Assembly: GCA_047967505.1 (NCBI GenBank)
Contig: CM106538.1
Length of the DNA: 64,000 nt
DNA from: Dipteris shenzhenensis
Taxonomy: Eukaryota
Direction: 5' to 3' (one strand)
The notes below the pieces were generated by a model that was given only the letters and a program-made list of their open reading frames with translations, did no database searches and was not told the DNA's origin. The position numbers were made by a program, and so were the translations under genes. Positions 49,407 to 63,507 of the stretch are shown piece after piece (position 1 is the first letter of the stretch; the number at the start of each line of letters is the position of its first letter).

Positions 49407-52400
49407 ATGGATGTCCGCAATGATCAATCCGTCTTACAGCAGGAAGAGATCAAGTACATTCGCGGCAACAGCGTGTCCTTCAAGGTGGCCGGAATGTCCT
49501 TACTTGCGCCAGTAATTATCCTCGGTTCGTACATCAGCTCTACTTATGGTAAAAGTTTCCTTCTCATCTTTGGCTGTAGGACCTTTCCGATAAAAAGCTA
49601 AGAGGCCAGCTTCAGCGGAGGGAGGAATTGATTGGCAAATCCGCTCGAACTGCGGCCAAGTTTGAGCAGGTTGGCTTCTGCTTGTGCACGAGCTTTCAAA
49701 GGCGTCCGAACGAGATAAGTGTTGCGATTCTGCGAACTTCTAACGTTGTGTGCTTCTATGGTGTGCAGTGGTTATTACCAAGTGAAGGAGGTTATTTGGA
49801 AGCTGAGGGTCTTGAGCAGACAAAAAATTTCACGCAAGAGGCTATCGTCTCCAATGTAGATCTTCTAAGCTCACGAAAGGCCTTTGACATCCAACTTCCA
49901 GGTTTTGGTTCTTGGCCATTGCACCACGAAGAACAAGTTTTGTGGGGTTTATTCGGTATCGATAAATCTTTATTTCATTAACAAATTGGTTACGGACTAA
50001 GGAAGTTTTTCTTGTCGTTTAATTGCAGTTTTGGGACCTTACATGATAGATTACACTAGGAGTGGTCGGTATCTATTGCTTGGAGGACGGAAAGGTCATA
50101 TAGCAATTATGGATTGGAAGGGAGCTCGACTTATTTCAGAATTGCAGGTATGAGCTAAAACGATTTTGTGACCGTCAAACATTTGAGGCATCTTTTGTTA
50201 CACAAATAACCAGATGCAAAATCTTGACAAATCCTAATGCTGTAGCAGAAAGTTCAGATATTAAGAAGCATCATAGGGCATCATGGTGGACAGTAGAAAC
50301 AAGGCCAATTTATAAAATACTAAGCACAGGGAAGCAATGTAAATTGAGAAATACTGGGGGAGTCAAGCTTTGCACGATTGTGGAGTTGTTAGATGGTGAA
50401 GAGGAGCTTGTGGATGCTCTTGAGATGTTTGACGTGACTCACGAGGAGACAGATGGTACCAATGATGCAAGGTGAGCCCCAAAGGTTGGGGCTAGAGATG
50501 GTTCCATTTTTCCTTTTGACCCAGGTGGTACTACACAACTCGTGGTGATTGCTCAGGAACAGAGTACCCACGGTTTTATGACCATTAAGACCTTGCAGAA
50601 AGTTAGGTTTGCAGCCGCAGAGATTGATCGTTTATCGTTGCCAATGGACGACATGGATTAGGATGCTATGTAAGGATGTGTGGATCTGACTCTCTCAAAC
50701 GATCATGACACGTGTCCCATTGATGTTTTTTTGGAATTTGATTGGATGAAATCTTTATGGGAGTTTAGAGTGCCATGACTCTCAGTTTTGCACACAAAGG
50801 CAAAACAAATGGTGTTGCAGGGTTCGACAACCCCAGAAGGAGCTGATTTCAGCAAGGTAGTTGGCCAGCGTGACAAGAAAGAGGGTGCCTTATATGCATT
50901 GCACCATACTGAATCTCATATCGGGAATGCCTTTTAGGTGATTGCAGCAATTCCTCTTTGAATTTGCTAATATACCACACCGTTTACCACTAAAGTCATG
51001 ATCCTTCGCTCGGGCATTATGAAGTTTCATTATGGAGTCCTTCACTCCCCCCTTAGTGAAGCGGGTAGAGGAAGTGGGGCATGGCAAATGTGAGGTGTCA
51101 GGGACTGGCCGACTGCTGTTCGGTTTTCTTCCTCCCCCTTGCCGACTTTTCTGGCCCCTCTTGGGCCGACTTTACTGCCCTATATAAGGGCTGTTGCTGG
51201 GCTCTTTTGGGCTGCTGCCTGGCCCTAAGGGCTGCCCCCATTGGGCCCTACCCTTGGGCTCATCTATGGCCTGGTGGCTGGCCCACCATAGCCTCCACCT
51301 CTGCCCCTTCTGTCCTGCTGGTTCTGCCCTCTGCCAGGCTCTCTCCAGCCACGTGTGCAGCGCCGTACTGATCCGTACTGCTGCTGAGGTCAGCCGCTAT
51401 GTGTTGCCATTATACAACCACTCACCTCCTCTTTCTAGAGCTCCAAATCGCCACTGATCTGCTCTTGGACCTTCTCTAGATGTGCTGCCCACATGACAGC
51501 CATGATGCTGTCCATGTGGCAGCCCCTTTCTCTCTTTTTCTGTGGGGTACTGCCCTAGGTCTTCCTCCCCCATGCTCTCCTCATATGGGGGCTTACAGAT
51601 GGGGAGGTGACCCCAACATATGTTGTGTTTCTAGAGGATGAGTTTGGGTATGTTCCTGGACTCATCTAGGTATATACTAGATGGTAGTATGCTGGAACAA
51701 TTTTGAAGCTGCCTGGTAGTATTTTGTCATTGAAAAATTACAAATGGAAGTCATACTTCACACTATCATTGTTGACAATAATGAAATGAAACTTGAAACT
51801 TGTGAAGGAAATTAAAATTTTGAGAAACCATTTGCAATCTGTTTTTTTCTTGTATAATGTGCCGGTCTGAAACATAAATGATCATGAATCCAGTGTGAAC
51901 ATAAATCAAGTTTGAAGAACATAAACGGCTAGCCTCTATGAAACAAGGGTCAAGGCTCATAAAGGAAAAATAGATTGTGCTTACTACTAAGCAGGTAATA
52001 GAAGCTCGATTCTAGACACAGCATACTAGCTAGTAGCTAACTAGAAACTTGAAACTTGAAACACAAAGGGCACTGTATGGGTGGAGAATAAAATAGGTGG
52101 CACTTTTGGGACCTAAATCTGATGTGTTTCCTTTTTTTGGTGGGCAAGTCACGTCTGGAATCCGAATAACACACGTTTGGTATCAAACACTTGAACTGCT
52201 TGATTGGCCAAGGAAACGTGTCTATTTGCATATAGCAAGAGGGGGGGAAAGTTAAACATTGTATATGTATACTTTGAGATAATTAATGACATGCATTAAT
52301 CACCTTATCCTCATCCTTGAACACATAGTACATTGGCCATGTTCCATGTGATTATGAGACCCATGTTTGATTCATGTGCCTTTTCTCATGAGACTCATGT

Positions 52401-54401
52401 GCACACTCACCCTTAACCTCTAGGGAGTGTTTTACAAACCATAAAATTTTCAACAATTGGTTAAGCTAGATAGCTCCAACTATGTTACTTGGAAGTATTG
52501 GATGGGGACCGACTTGTTCCCAAACTGCTTAGCACTGCTGGTTGCTGATGACTGTTTATGTTTGCTTTGGTGCTAGCCTTTGTCACGGCTGAGTCTGCCC
52601 TTAACCTACGGAGTGCTGACAGAAACTCAGTACGAAGACGTTTCTATAAATGGATGCTCAAGTATGCGTGGGTGTGTGGATTTGTATATGTGAGAGCATA
52701 TGTTTACACTATGGTTTACATCCACTGTTGGGCACTGATGACTTCAGTGGTGATGCCATAGTAGCTAGTCCCTGCTATGCGTGATGGAGTTAATGGTTTT
52801 CAACCTTATGAGTGACTATCATGGGATTGAAACTGCACACTGTGTTGTGTTTTTAGAGGATGAGTTTGGGCATGTTCCTGGATTCATCCAGATATTATAT
52901 ACATGATTGATTGATGGTTTGTAACCTCCTCAGTTAAAAAAAATGTTTTTCAGAGTGTATTTACCTGGTAGATATGGCTAGCTTGTTTTTGATAGCTCTC
53001 AAAAAAAATGGAAGCCATGCTTATATGTTTAATATGTGTTATGTTTTTGTTTCTCAGGTGGGTGAAACAACGAGAGATGTTAAATTTCTGCATAATGAGC
53101 TGTTTTTTGCAGCTGCCCAGAAGAAGTTCGTCTACATTACAAGCTCTTACCTACAGTTTTGAGTAGATTTATGTCAAAGCTTTTTGGCTTTCTAGATCCT
53201 ATCTCATATGTATGTATATTTTTGCAGGTATGTATACATATATGACAAGAAGGGTACGGAGATTCATTGTTTAAAAGTATGCTTAGGGTTCTTCCTCTCT
53301 TGCAATTTTTGGTCTTGGCTGATATATGTTCTAGCCCTATCTCTCAGCTCTCTGATATCTTGTGGTCTATGTCTTTTAAACGAACAGGAGCATACATTTC
53401 CCTTGAAGCTTGAGTTCCTTCCACACCACTTCCTGATTGTATCGGTTGACAAGTTCGGTGCCTTGAGGTATCAAGATACTAGCACAGGTACAATGATTGC
53501 GCAACATCGAACACAATTAGGTCGCTGTGCAGTGTTGCGGATGAACCCTTACAATGCAGTTGTTGGTCTTGGTCACAGCAATGGCTCTGTTACAATGTGG
53601 AGCCCCAATATGGGTACACCACTGGTCTCGATGTTATGTCATCGAGGGGCAGTCACTGCTGTGGCATTTGATCCCGAGGGTCGACATATGGTTACAGCGG
53701 GTATGGATGGGAAAGTGAAGGTGTTTGATTTGAGAAAGCTCTCCCCTGTACACATTTATTTTTCCCGATCACCGGCTAAGTCATTGGACATAAGCCAAAA
53801 AGGACTCTTGGCTGTGGGCCAAGGTTCTTGTGTTGAGATATGGAGGGATGCACTGATCTCTAAACAAACGAAACCTTATATGATGCACCGGCCGGCAAAA
53901 AGTTGGCAGGTCAATGACCTTTCTTTCTGTCCCTATGAAGATATTCTTTGCATTGGTCATACTGGTGGAATCTCATCAATCCTTGTGCCTGGTTCAGCTG
54001 AGGCCAACTTTGACACATATGTGGCGAATCCGTATGAGACTGTGAAGCAGAGGCAAGAAGCTGAGGTTCACTCGTTACTTGATAAGCTGCAGCCGGACAT
54101 GATTGTGCTTGATCCAAAGCAGATTGGTTCTGTTCAGCGTGGGCCCAAGGAGAATCAGCATATAAGAAGTCAGCAATCACAGGAAGCCAACAGGGCAGCT
54201 GCTGTAATGGCTGGAAAGGCTGTAGTTTTGAAAAAGAAAACGAAAGGGCGAAACAAACCTAGCAGACGGGAAAAAAGGAAACAAGATAACATTATTTCTG
54301 CAAAGAGGCCATTAATTGAAGCTCAGAACAGGGTAAGGCCTTTAAAAAAACAAAAAGCTATGAATGATTCTGTACCCAGGGCTCTCAAACGGTTTATTTA
54401 A
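49407..54401 (+). CDS. WDR46: WD40-repeat U3 snoRNP/SSU processome protein WDR46/UTP7 (BING4), 7 exons, 516 aa
   Basis: Exons 49407-49484, 49580-49669, 49769-49901, 50029-50147, 53058-53125, 53228-53276 and 53388-54401, all GT-AG and phase-consistent (1551 nt). Motifs WLLPSEGGYLEAEGLE, GGRKGHIA, FFAAAQKK, NPYNAVVGLGHSNG and the BING4CT-like PYEDILCIGH...ANFDTYVANPYET..QRQEAEVHSLLDKLQP. Confidence 0.96.
51065..51597 (+). mobile_element. PPT plus about 510-bp LTR (51089-51597) in WDR46 intron 4
   Basis: Purine tract, then TGTGAG...CTTACA inverted termini, an internal TATATAA box and a GC-rich body. Confidence 0.6.
52580..52892. repeat. Hairpin-rich repeat, also at about 55415-55645 and partly at 51620-51675
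   Basis: Shared GGCTGAGTCTGCCCTT.ACCT.CGGAGTGCTGACAGAA, CATAGTAGCTAGTCCCTGCT and TGTTGTGTTT.TAGAGGATGAGT. Confidence 0.88.
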
Positions 54402-56949
54402 AGGTAAATGATTAAGAGTTTTATATCTAAAAGGTATTTGTCAGAATCCATTGAATGAACACAGGCATGCTTTTGATTTGAGACAACCTGCTTTAGAGTG
54501 TTCGAACTGTGGATTGAAGAATATATTACTGGAAGGGCCTTTCGTATACATTGGTAAAGCTTCACCTCTTTGTTCAGTACATTCTTCCCACTAACTGCCG
54601 TGTATAAAGGGTAATTATTTAGTGATGTACCTTCAATTCAAGTCCCTGAGGCCGTGAGGTTTAGCGAGCAACTACTCTTTCTTTGGTTTCCTTAGATGAA
54701 ATGCTGTGAAGCTTTTGAGGTATAAAGTACTCCAGCCATGACCAATTGAATTGTCCTTTTGCTAATAACTGCAGTCTGACAGGGTTTCTATAAAGTCGTA
54801 TCTGATAGGAGGACCGATCCCTATGTAAAAAAGGAAGCATAGAGTTTATCTTGTGAGGTGAAAATAGCTAGTGAAACTCCATTCGTTACAAGCTTCAGAA
54901 CAGGCTGAAAGCTCAAGTTTTCAAACGTGCTCGTCTTTATCAAGCTTAAGTTTGAGAGACCTCTTCCTCTTCCTTGCTGTGCCATCTGTCTAGAATGCAG
55001 CCTGTATGAGTGAGTATGTTGCACATTCAGAAAGACGTGTTGCCCAGCCTTCATTCATTGCCAATGGACACAAACCATGCATCTCATCTCACATCTTAGC
55101 CCCATCCTGATTGTGTTGGAAATGAAAGCACGTTAAAAGACTCATATGTGCTTCAGATAAGGAGGTGAAAGTTGTGGGAAATGAAGACTCATCAATAGAC
55201 TCAACACGATAGAGAAGAGAAGATCTTTGTATAGCACTGATAATGAGAAGGGAAGGGAAGGCTCATAATGATTTTGTGTCAAGTGTCCAATAAGTCATTG
55301 TGGATCTTGAGGGCGATTGGCTTAGCCTTTGCATTGTAACTTGGTGTGTGTAATGCCCAAGCTTTTTTTAATGTAAGCACCCACTTTTGTAGCAGCAAAA
55401 GTGCTAGACTTCATCATGGCTGAGTCTGCCCTTCACCTCCGGAGTGCTGACAGAAGTTATATTATAGTCTACACCCACTGTTGGGCGTTGATGACGTCAG
55501 TGGGGATGTCATAGTAGCTAGTCCCTGCTTTGTGTGATGGAGTTCATGGTTTTCAATCATACGAGTGACTATCGTGAGATTGAAATTGCACTATGTTGTG
55601 TTTTTAGAGGATGAGTCGGGGAATGTTTTTGGATTCCTCCAGGTATAAGCACCTTCTTTTGTTGCAGCAAAAAAGCCGATGTGGGATAGAGGCTTGCAGG
55701 GCCAAGTGTTATAGTTATGGTAATTTCTATAAAGAATGGGAAACATACATTCAGGTAGTGAGCTTGCCTACTTGGGAAGAGGTAAAGGGTGCAATCAAAT
55801 TGATTGTTTTGGACACAAGTATATTTTTAACTTGATGGTGTATTTTTCCTTGTGAACTTATCATCCAAGTGGTAGTGTGTTGACATTGTGACAAATGTGT
55901 GTAATTCAGAGTGATAAAATTGACACCAAGCCTAAATAACAGGTTGAAGTCAGCAATCATTGTGTTATTTAGTCTCATGCTCCTTTTTATTCCTTTTTTT
56001 TGGTCTCTTTTGTTTCTTGATTTGTTTGTTTATTTTTTCTTAGTCACCTTCTTCCTTTCTTGTTTATTTCTTGTTATCTTTCCCTTTTTGTTTAATTGAC
56101 GTATTTTAGTATGCACTGAGTTTGCCCAAGATATACCATGTTTCTTGAGAAATGTGATATTGCTACTTATGCTTGGGCATTGATGACAACATAAGCATTG
56201 CTTTGCTTAGTAGTCTACCTTTTGTTTTTGATTTTTTTTTTGGTTAGCTCATTTTTCTTTTCTTCCGTTATAGAAATTTTGACTTTAGAATAACAAAAAT
56301 TTGAATTTGTACAATTGGATATATTCTAGTGTTACAAAAGGGGGGGGGGGGGGTGTATATATAAAGTTATTGTTCCATGTTGATAAAAAATCTCTTGATC
56401 CATCTTATGAAATTTGTAGCTTTTGTTTGTTTGCTCCTTCATGGATGTGTAAATGCGCAACAAATTGGTATGTGTCGTGGTTGATCATGCTTTTTCAAAA
56501 AACTTAACTATCCTAATTGTAGCTTAGAAAAAATTTCTAGCTTTCACGACGCTAACGAGAGATGCCTTCCATGTCTTTAAAACTATCCCATTTGAATCTA
56601 AAATAAGAAACAACTCATTATGTTAATGCTTCGTAGGTTGTTGAACTTGAAAATGCGTAACACAATCTATTAACATCCATGATGCCCATGCCTCGGATCT
56701 AGAGAACTTGTTTCTTCTAGCAGTTATGTAGGTCTTGAGCACATGTGCGCGCACGCGCACACAAATTGTTATCAATAAAGAAAAATGAATGATAATATTT
56801 AAGCTGTTTTGAATGTGTTTAATATGATATGGGATGAGATACTTCAAAAGAATAGGGTTTGTAGGACCTAGGTTTAGATGGCAAGCTTTCCCATGCACTC
56901 ACCCTTCCATGTGGATGGCCCCATGAATGCATTAAGTAGGTGGTCACTC

Positions 56950-59430
56950 ATAGTCCAAGTGACAAAAGAGTGATCATGGCACGTAGAAAACATAGAGTCA
57001 ATCTATAGCAAATATAGAAGGCAACTTGAAGCAAAAACTTGAGAAGGATCTGAGTCACAAAGGAGAAGCTTGTATGGAGGCCCAGTTGATTACTTTGTGA
57101 GCTATATGTTCAAGCAAGCTAGAGAGCTATAGAAGGCAAAATAATGGTCAATGAACATCGTCAATGGACTACCATTCATCAAAGAGGTAGATTTGTGTGA
57201 TGGATGCCTTTATGTGAAATAACATAGAGATCATTTTCCTAAGGGTTAAGCTACTAGAGCCAAGAGATACATGACTAATATGCCATAACTCGGTGATAGG
57301 AGATACTTCATCACATTTATGGATGACTATACTAGAAAGATATATGTCTACACCATAAAGCAAATGTTTGAACTTCTTGGGAGGTAAAAAGAGTTCAAAG
57401 CCTATGGCAAACAATCAGTCTCCAAGGCATAAACATGGAGTCAAGTTGTAGCAAAGACAGAAGGGATCTTGGAGCAAAAACTTGAGAAGGCTTTGAATTA
57501 TGAAAGACCAGGTTGTAGTGGAGGCTGAGTTGATTACCTTTGAGCTATATGTTCAAGCATGCTAGAGATCCTCAAATGGCAAAGCAATGGTCAATGAACA
57601 TGGTCAATAGACTCATTTTTGTGAAGCATTCATGTACGAGAAATAGTATAGAGACTCCTTTCCCAAGGGTCAGGCCACTAGAGCCAAGAGCTACATGACT
57701 AATATACCATCACATGGTGGTAGCAATATTGATGACTATACTAGAAAGATTATTTTTTATGCTATGCATAAAGAAAACGTTTGAACTCCTTGAAAGGTTA
57801 ATAGAGTTCAAGACCATGGAAAAAACTTCGTCTAGTTGTAAAATCAAATAGCTTTGATCTGACAATGGGAAGAATATGTCTCCAAGGCATTTACTCGGTT
57901 TTGTGAATATTAGGAAAAATACAAAGAGTTTTCCTTGCCAAAGGCACAACAAAGTGGAGCTGGGGAGAAGATGTCTCCAAGCATTTCCTAGATTTTGCAA
58001 ATAGTGGGAAATACATAGAGAGTTTTCCTTCCTGAAGACATAATAGAATGGAGTAGGGGATAGAAAGAATTCCACCATTGTTGAGTGTGAAAGGATCATG
58101 ATTAAAACTAAGGACATCATGACAAGTATTGGGTAGAAGCAATATGCACAATAATTTATTTGTTGAACCCATCCCCTAGAATACTTTAGATGATATGACA
58201 CCAAGGAAGCATGAAGCAGAGATAAGCCAAATGTCTAGAATCGCATATTTTGATCAACTACCTATGCTCATGTGTCAAAGGACAAGAGGGGCAAGTTTGA
58301 TTCCAAGAGTGAGAAGTGCATCATGGATGGAGGAAGATAAACCTAATAGGTATACAATCTTACTACTCATAAAAGTTTGCTTTCTATGATGTGGACTTTG
58401 ATGTAACAGTAAAGCAAGCGACTTGTTGCCATCATGATTATGAGGAATCAGATGGAAGAGTAGACAAACAAGAGATTTACAATGCCAGAGATACAAATTT
58501 GTAGACATCCACAAATGATTAGGAAGAATTAAATGGAAGAGCAGACAAACGAGACATTGACAATGCCAGAGATCTTGACTTGCAGACACACATAGAATGT
58601 GGAATATTTATGAGTAGGATCAATCAAGGGTATGGGGCAGCATCTCCTAGACATTTTGCAAATGTGTAGGCAGAGAATGCATCTCATGGTCAATATGAAC
58701 AAGAAGCCACATCATCCAGACACATGCTGAGTTGAGCAAAGAAGATGATGGATGAGGTAGAGAGCAATTTCAAAGACATTAAGCCTAGAAGACTGCAAAT
58801 AGTTTTTAGGTTTTGTTTGGCACAAGCCAAAGAGCCTGTCACCTTCCAAGAGTCAACAGAATCCAATGAATGGGTTGTGCCATGGAAGAAGAATATAATG
58901 GCATTCTGAAAATGAGTCAGTGAAACTACCAAGGGAAGAATGTCATTGACTACAACAAATAAGTTTGCAAGGTCAAGCAAAAAGTTGGCAAAAGTGTAGA
59001 CAAGTATAAAATGATAATTGTGGCAAAAGGATATGCTCAGCAAGAGTTCATTGAGTACAAGGACACTACAGCTTGATATTTGCTATGCAGTAGGAATTTT
59101 GAACTGGTTCATGGAAAAGCCTTGTGTCCACCATTGGAATGCAAGAAAGCATATGTTTACATATCTTTATGGGACAAGCAACCATAAGCTGGCACATCTA
59201 AAAGAGAGCCCATATGTAGAACCATAGATAAAGGGGGTATGTGATGCAAAATGGGAATGTGGCCCTAAATGCAAGTCTATTTAAGGATTCACATTTATGT
59301 TGGATTCTCATCGTGGGTCTCGGTCTCTAGCACAAGAAGCAAGCAGCCCTAGCATAGAGGCTGAGTATATTTCTATTAGACATCGTGCATGTGGAGCAAT
59401 TTGGCTTTGGAGGCTCTTGGAGAACCTTGT
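56950..59430 (+). mobile_element. Highly decayed Copia pol region with an internal about 430-bp duplication
   Basis: Integrase-like YFITFMDDYTRK (about 57305) repeated at about 57730, SKFDSKSEKCI, EPVTFQE, and RNaseH-like EAEYI. Bases 57010-57420 resemble 57455-57830. Confidence 0.75.
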
Positions 59431-61999
59431 TGCCTCTCCTTGATATTTGGAATAACTTAATCCAATTCTAGAAAATGGAGATAAGTTTCTTTAAATGAAT
59501 GAAAATAGATAGAGTTATAAATGCATGGGAATATTTGTAAGCATTGATACCACTATGTTTGGACATGGTGTGCCTATATATTATGCTCGGGTTGAATGGC
59601 CACAAGAGAAACAATCTAGGGCTAGAGATGCAATGGCCTAGGTATGATCCCATCATGATGGGGCTAACCAAAAAATGATAGAGTAGGGCTCATGATCAAA
59701 TGGTAGAGACGGATGCAAGATCAAAATAGTAGAAAAGGGTTTAAATCAAAATGAAATGTAAGATTCCAATCTTTCCCACTAGATTAGAAAGGTCACTTGT
59801 TTTGAAGAAATGTTGAAGGACTTAAGAGGGTCAAAACATCAAGAAGCTCTTTCCTCAATCTTATTGCTTGCAATGGGAAACAATGTTTTTTCTAGGATAC
59901 TTCATAGATTATATTTCCATGCAAAAATTAGAAATGGTAATGAAGAAAAAAAAGAGATCTCAAAGTCAAAACCAAAGCAAATAATGAGAAAGTCACATGG
60001 TCAAAAAAGACTCAACAAAGTAGGAATACAACTAAGGAAGTTATTAAAAGACTCAACAAAGTAGGAATGCAACTAAGTTATTAAAATGGATTCCACTACA
60101 AATAAGATCAAGAGAAAACTAAAATAGTAGATGTCAACATCAAGAAGAAATCAAGGTTTTTTAATATTGATTCCACTACAAGCAAGAGTAAAAAGAAGAT
60201 TAAGCTAGTGGATGTTGACATCAAGAAGAAAGCAAGATCAAAATGACTTCAAGGGATAGAATTATCTCCACAAAGGAGCATAGCAAGCAAAATAGCAAAA
60301 TAGCACAATTAAGTGTAACAAGGAATGAGGGAGTCGTAGAAATTAGCATTGATGAGAAAGAGGCTAGAGAAAGAGATAGACCTAGCAAGGAATTTCTATA
60401 ACCTAATAGATGGTTTCACATGTTATCAAGAAAGCCCAGATAAAGGAAAGAGTAGTGCAGACCAAGCTACGCCTTTAAAAAGAGATAACATCAGTTGTGG
60501 TGGGAAATTTTCTTAATTATATGCTATTTGGAAGGAACCAAATACTCCAAATACTAGTGACATTGTGTGCTTGTGTAGCACTAATATGGGCTACAAGCTA
60601 GAGCTATAAGAAAATATTTTACTCGTAGTAGTCTTGTCCTTCTTTGAATATTTTTGTTTGAACACCATGTACTACTAGGTCAATCAATATGGGAACATCA
60701 AATGGTATAAGGTTAGCTATCTTTAAGTGTTTTGAAATTATAGATATCTATTTATGCATTTCTCCTTGTAAAATGTTTATCTTATTTTCTCAATGAATGT
60801 TCTATAGGAGTTTGACATGGAGATTATCAACGTCATAATGGATTCAACCAATGCAAGAATTGATTTGTTTTCAATAGATGGTTTTTTTGTGATAAATTAT
60901 TTGTTAAAAGTATGGGTCATTGGGATGGTCATCATCCATGTACATATGGTGGAACATATGTGTATATTTTGTATACATGGGTAGATGGTTAGGAACACAA
61001 AGAACTCTAGAAGGGATCTAAGTCCAAGTGTGAATACTTTTTATGGGCTTAGGATAACTCACATCAAATTTAAGTTTGCCTTTTTGACCTAGAAAGAAGA
61101 ATGTACATTTTGTATAGCCAATAAATTCATCCCAATAGCTAATAGTGACTAAGTAGGGATTTTGTGTTATCCTCATGGTGAAAGGTGAAGATCACATTTT
61201 TTGAGCTCTTCTAAATTCACCGATTATGTGATGGTCCCTCCCCTTCCCGATTGTGTGTCATTTTCCTAGGTCCCTTAGGTTATCGAGACTATGTGTCCTT
61301 GTTGAGTGTGTGGAGATGAGGAGCGTGTCAACTCCTGAAATTGTGTGAACTTTTAGTGTGAGGGAGTGGGCTGAGTGTCCTAAAGAATGTGTTTCCCTTC
61401 CCTTAATAACACATTTTGAAACTTTTATGATGCCCATATGTCCTTCAAGTCACACGGCCTTTCCAAGCCACACTATTGTAAGAAACTTTTAGTGTGCATT
61501 TATCAGGTTTGCTGAGTGCAAGTCAAGTGTGCAAGAAAGGCTTTGCTGAGTAGTGAGCAAGGATTTTGCATCCTACATGTTGGTGTTTGTAGCCCGTTTG
61601 TAGTTGGAAAAGTACTATGCTAAATCTTAAAAGAAACTTGAAAGAAGATGTGAGCAAAGAAAGCTATAGCAACTATAAAGGGGGCCATTATATTTTCTTT
61701 CAGGGCCCCTCCTTGGAAAATCATCGAACATTTGGCAACAACCCATACAAATTTTGGAGGTCTGTTCGTGATGTTTTACACTATTTTCCATATACGTACG
61801 CCTAGTATAATGTAGTCTAGTTCGAAATTTGGCAATAACTTGTCAAAAAGTGGGTATAAGATCACATATTAGTTACATCTTTCTCTATAACATTTTGTTT
61901 TGGAGCCATTATTTTGTCCGAAAATCCTTGTGGTTACCAAAATTTCACCAAATTTGTCAAAATTTTCCCAAAGACAATACGATGAAGGTGGCTAACTAC

Positions 62000-63070
62000 A
62001 AACAAGATGAAGGTGTTTTGGCTGTTATGTTGATAGGGAAGATGCCTCCCCCACCTTGTGCAAGTGGGATGCCTCTTTATTAATGTGGACACTGGCTATA
62101 AAAGGAAGCCAGGAGAGAAGAGAAGCACACTTCCTCTCCTGTTAGAAGGATGCTTTGACTCCATATCCTTGCAAGAATTCCCTTTCATTCAAGTTGCTCC
62201 TAACTATAGTCACCTAAAGGACATTCATCGAGTTCAATAGAGTTAGTGACTATGGTGGGAAAGTATGCGAGAAGATGCTTCTAATGAGTTTAAGGTATAC
62301 TCAAGTAAGACCTATTGTTGACAAAAGTAATGTTAGTTATACAGCTTTCAAAGTTGCATTGGTGGCTTTAATTCTCTGACCTTGTGTCAGTATAACACTA
62401 ACTATCCTTTGTAGCTATTGATGCAAGATTGGTGTGGATTTGGTCCCAAGGAGAAGAGGCATGTTCCTTGGCATATGGAGAACCATCTTGGAACCAAAAA
62501 AGGCTGACTAACCATCAAGGTGGCAGCCATTTCTTAGGATGTAGATTACATTCATGATTACACTTCATCACTTTCTGGATGTTCCATCTATCACATATAT
62601 TAAAATGCAACATGTGGGTAAGAACAATGGAGCCACAAAGTTGAACACTGTAAGGTGCAGATCCCCAAGACAACTATTTCTATGCCCCTTGAATTCTTTA
62701 CAAATGAAAGATAGGGTCTTGCATGAGTTCTCAGGGGATCTACCCCTAAATAGATATGGGAACAATGCATCCATTTTTTTGCAAACATGATTTCAAGCGA
62801 ATGAACCGCATGCATAGAGATGCATTCCTTACTCTTTGTGATGTTCCAAATGTATAGGTGGAGCCATCACTATGTAGATACGACACAAATGATGCACTTA
62901 GTCTCTGCATGTAGGTGCATCGTAATGCATCTTCCATATTCTACTAACAAGAGCAAGACAACACACAAACACACTCTTTGTTCTCAGTATTTAAACTCCA
63001 TATGATTGAATACCTATGGTCACAATGGCCTTATTGGCATGGACGCCACCTTTAGAACAAATAGATAGAG
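62000..63070 (+). pseudogene. Second, more decayed MULE transposase remnant related to 44620-45960
   Basis: YGHNGLIGMDATFRTN at about 63015-63062, and upstream blocks in similar order (intron 62324-62414, then Y*CKIGVD). Confidence 0.6.
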
Positions 63071-63507
63071 TGTGTACTATACTCAAGGATCTGTTCCTAT
63101 TCATGTATACCCAATTATCTACTACTCTTTATACTCAATGATCTACTCCTATTCACATACTCATGATCTTGAGCACAATAATCACACTCTCATGTACATC
63201 TTTTGACTTAGATAGTTTTCGCCATATAGGTTGCTCAAGTTTGATGCCCATCATAAAGGTGCTGAGTTCCTTCTTCCACTTGATGTCGGATGAAGTAGTT
63301 GCGGGTGTTAATGTGCTTTGACTTACCATGCTCTTGTCTACATCTGCGTTTACTATAGAAGTATCATGACAAGTCACTTCCATAGGTCTTGAGTTATTTT
63401 CATCCATAGCAAGTAAAGTTTTCTCCATGTCTACAAGAATAAAATGCATCACCATTGATAACTAAATGAATTAACATGAAAATAAAAAAATTAGCATCTC
63501 AAAGAAC

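Noticed and set aside
53208-53387. ORF-track start of a 397-aa WD40 protein at 53208
   Set aside because: The N-terminus reads through intron sequence; the real gene starts at 49407 and is spliced.
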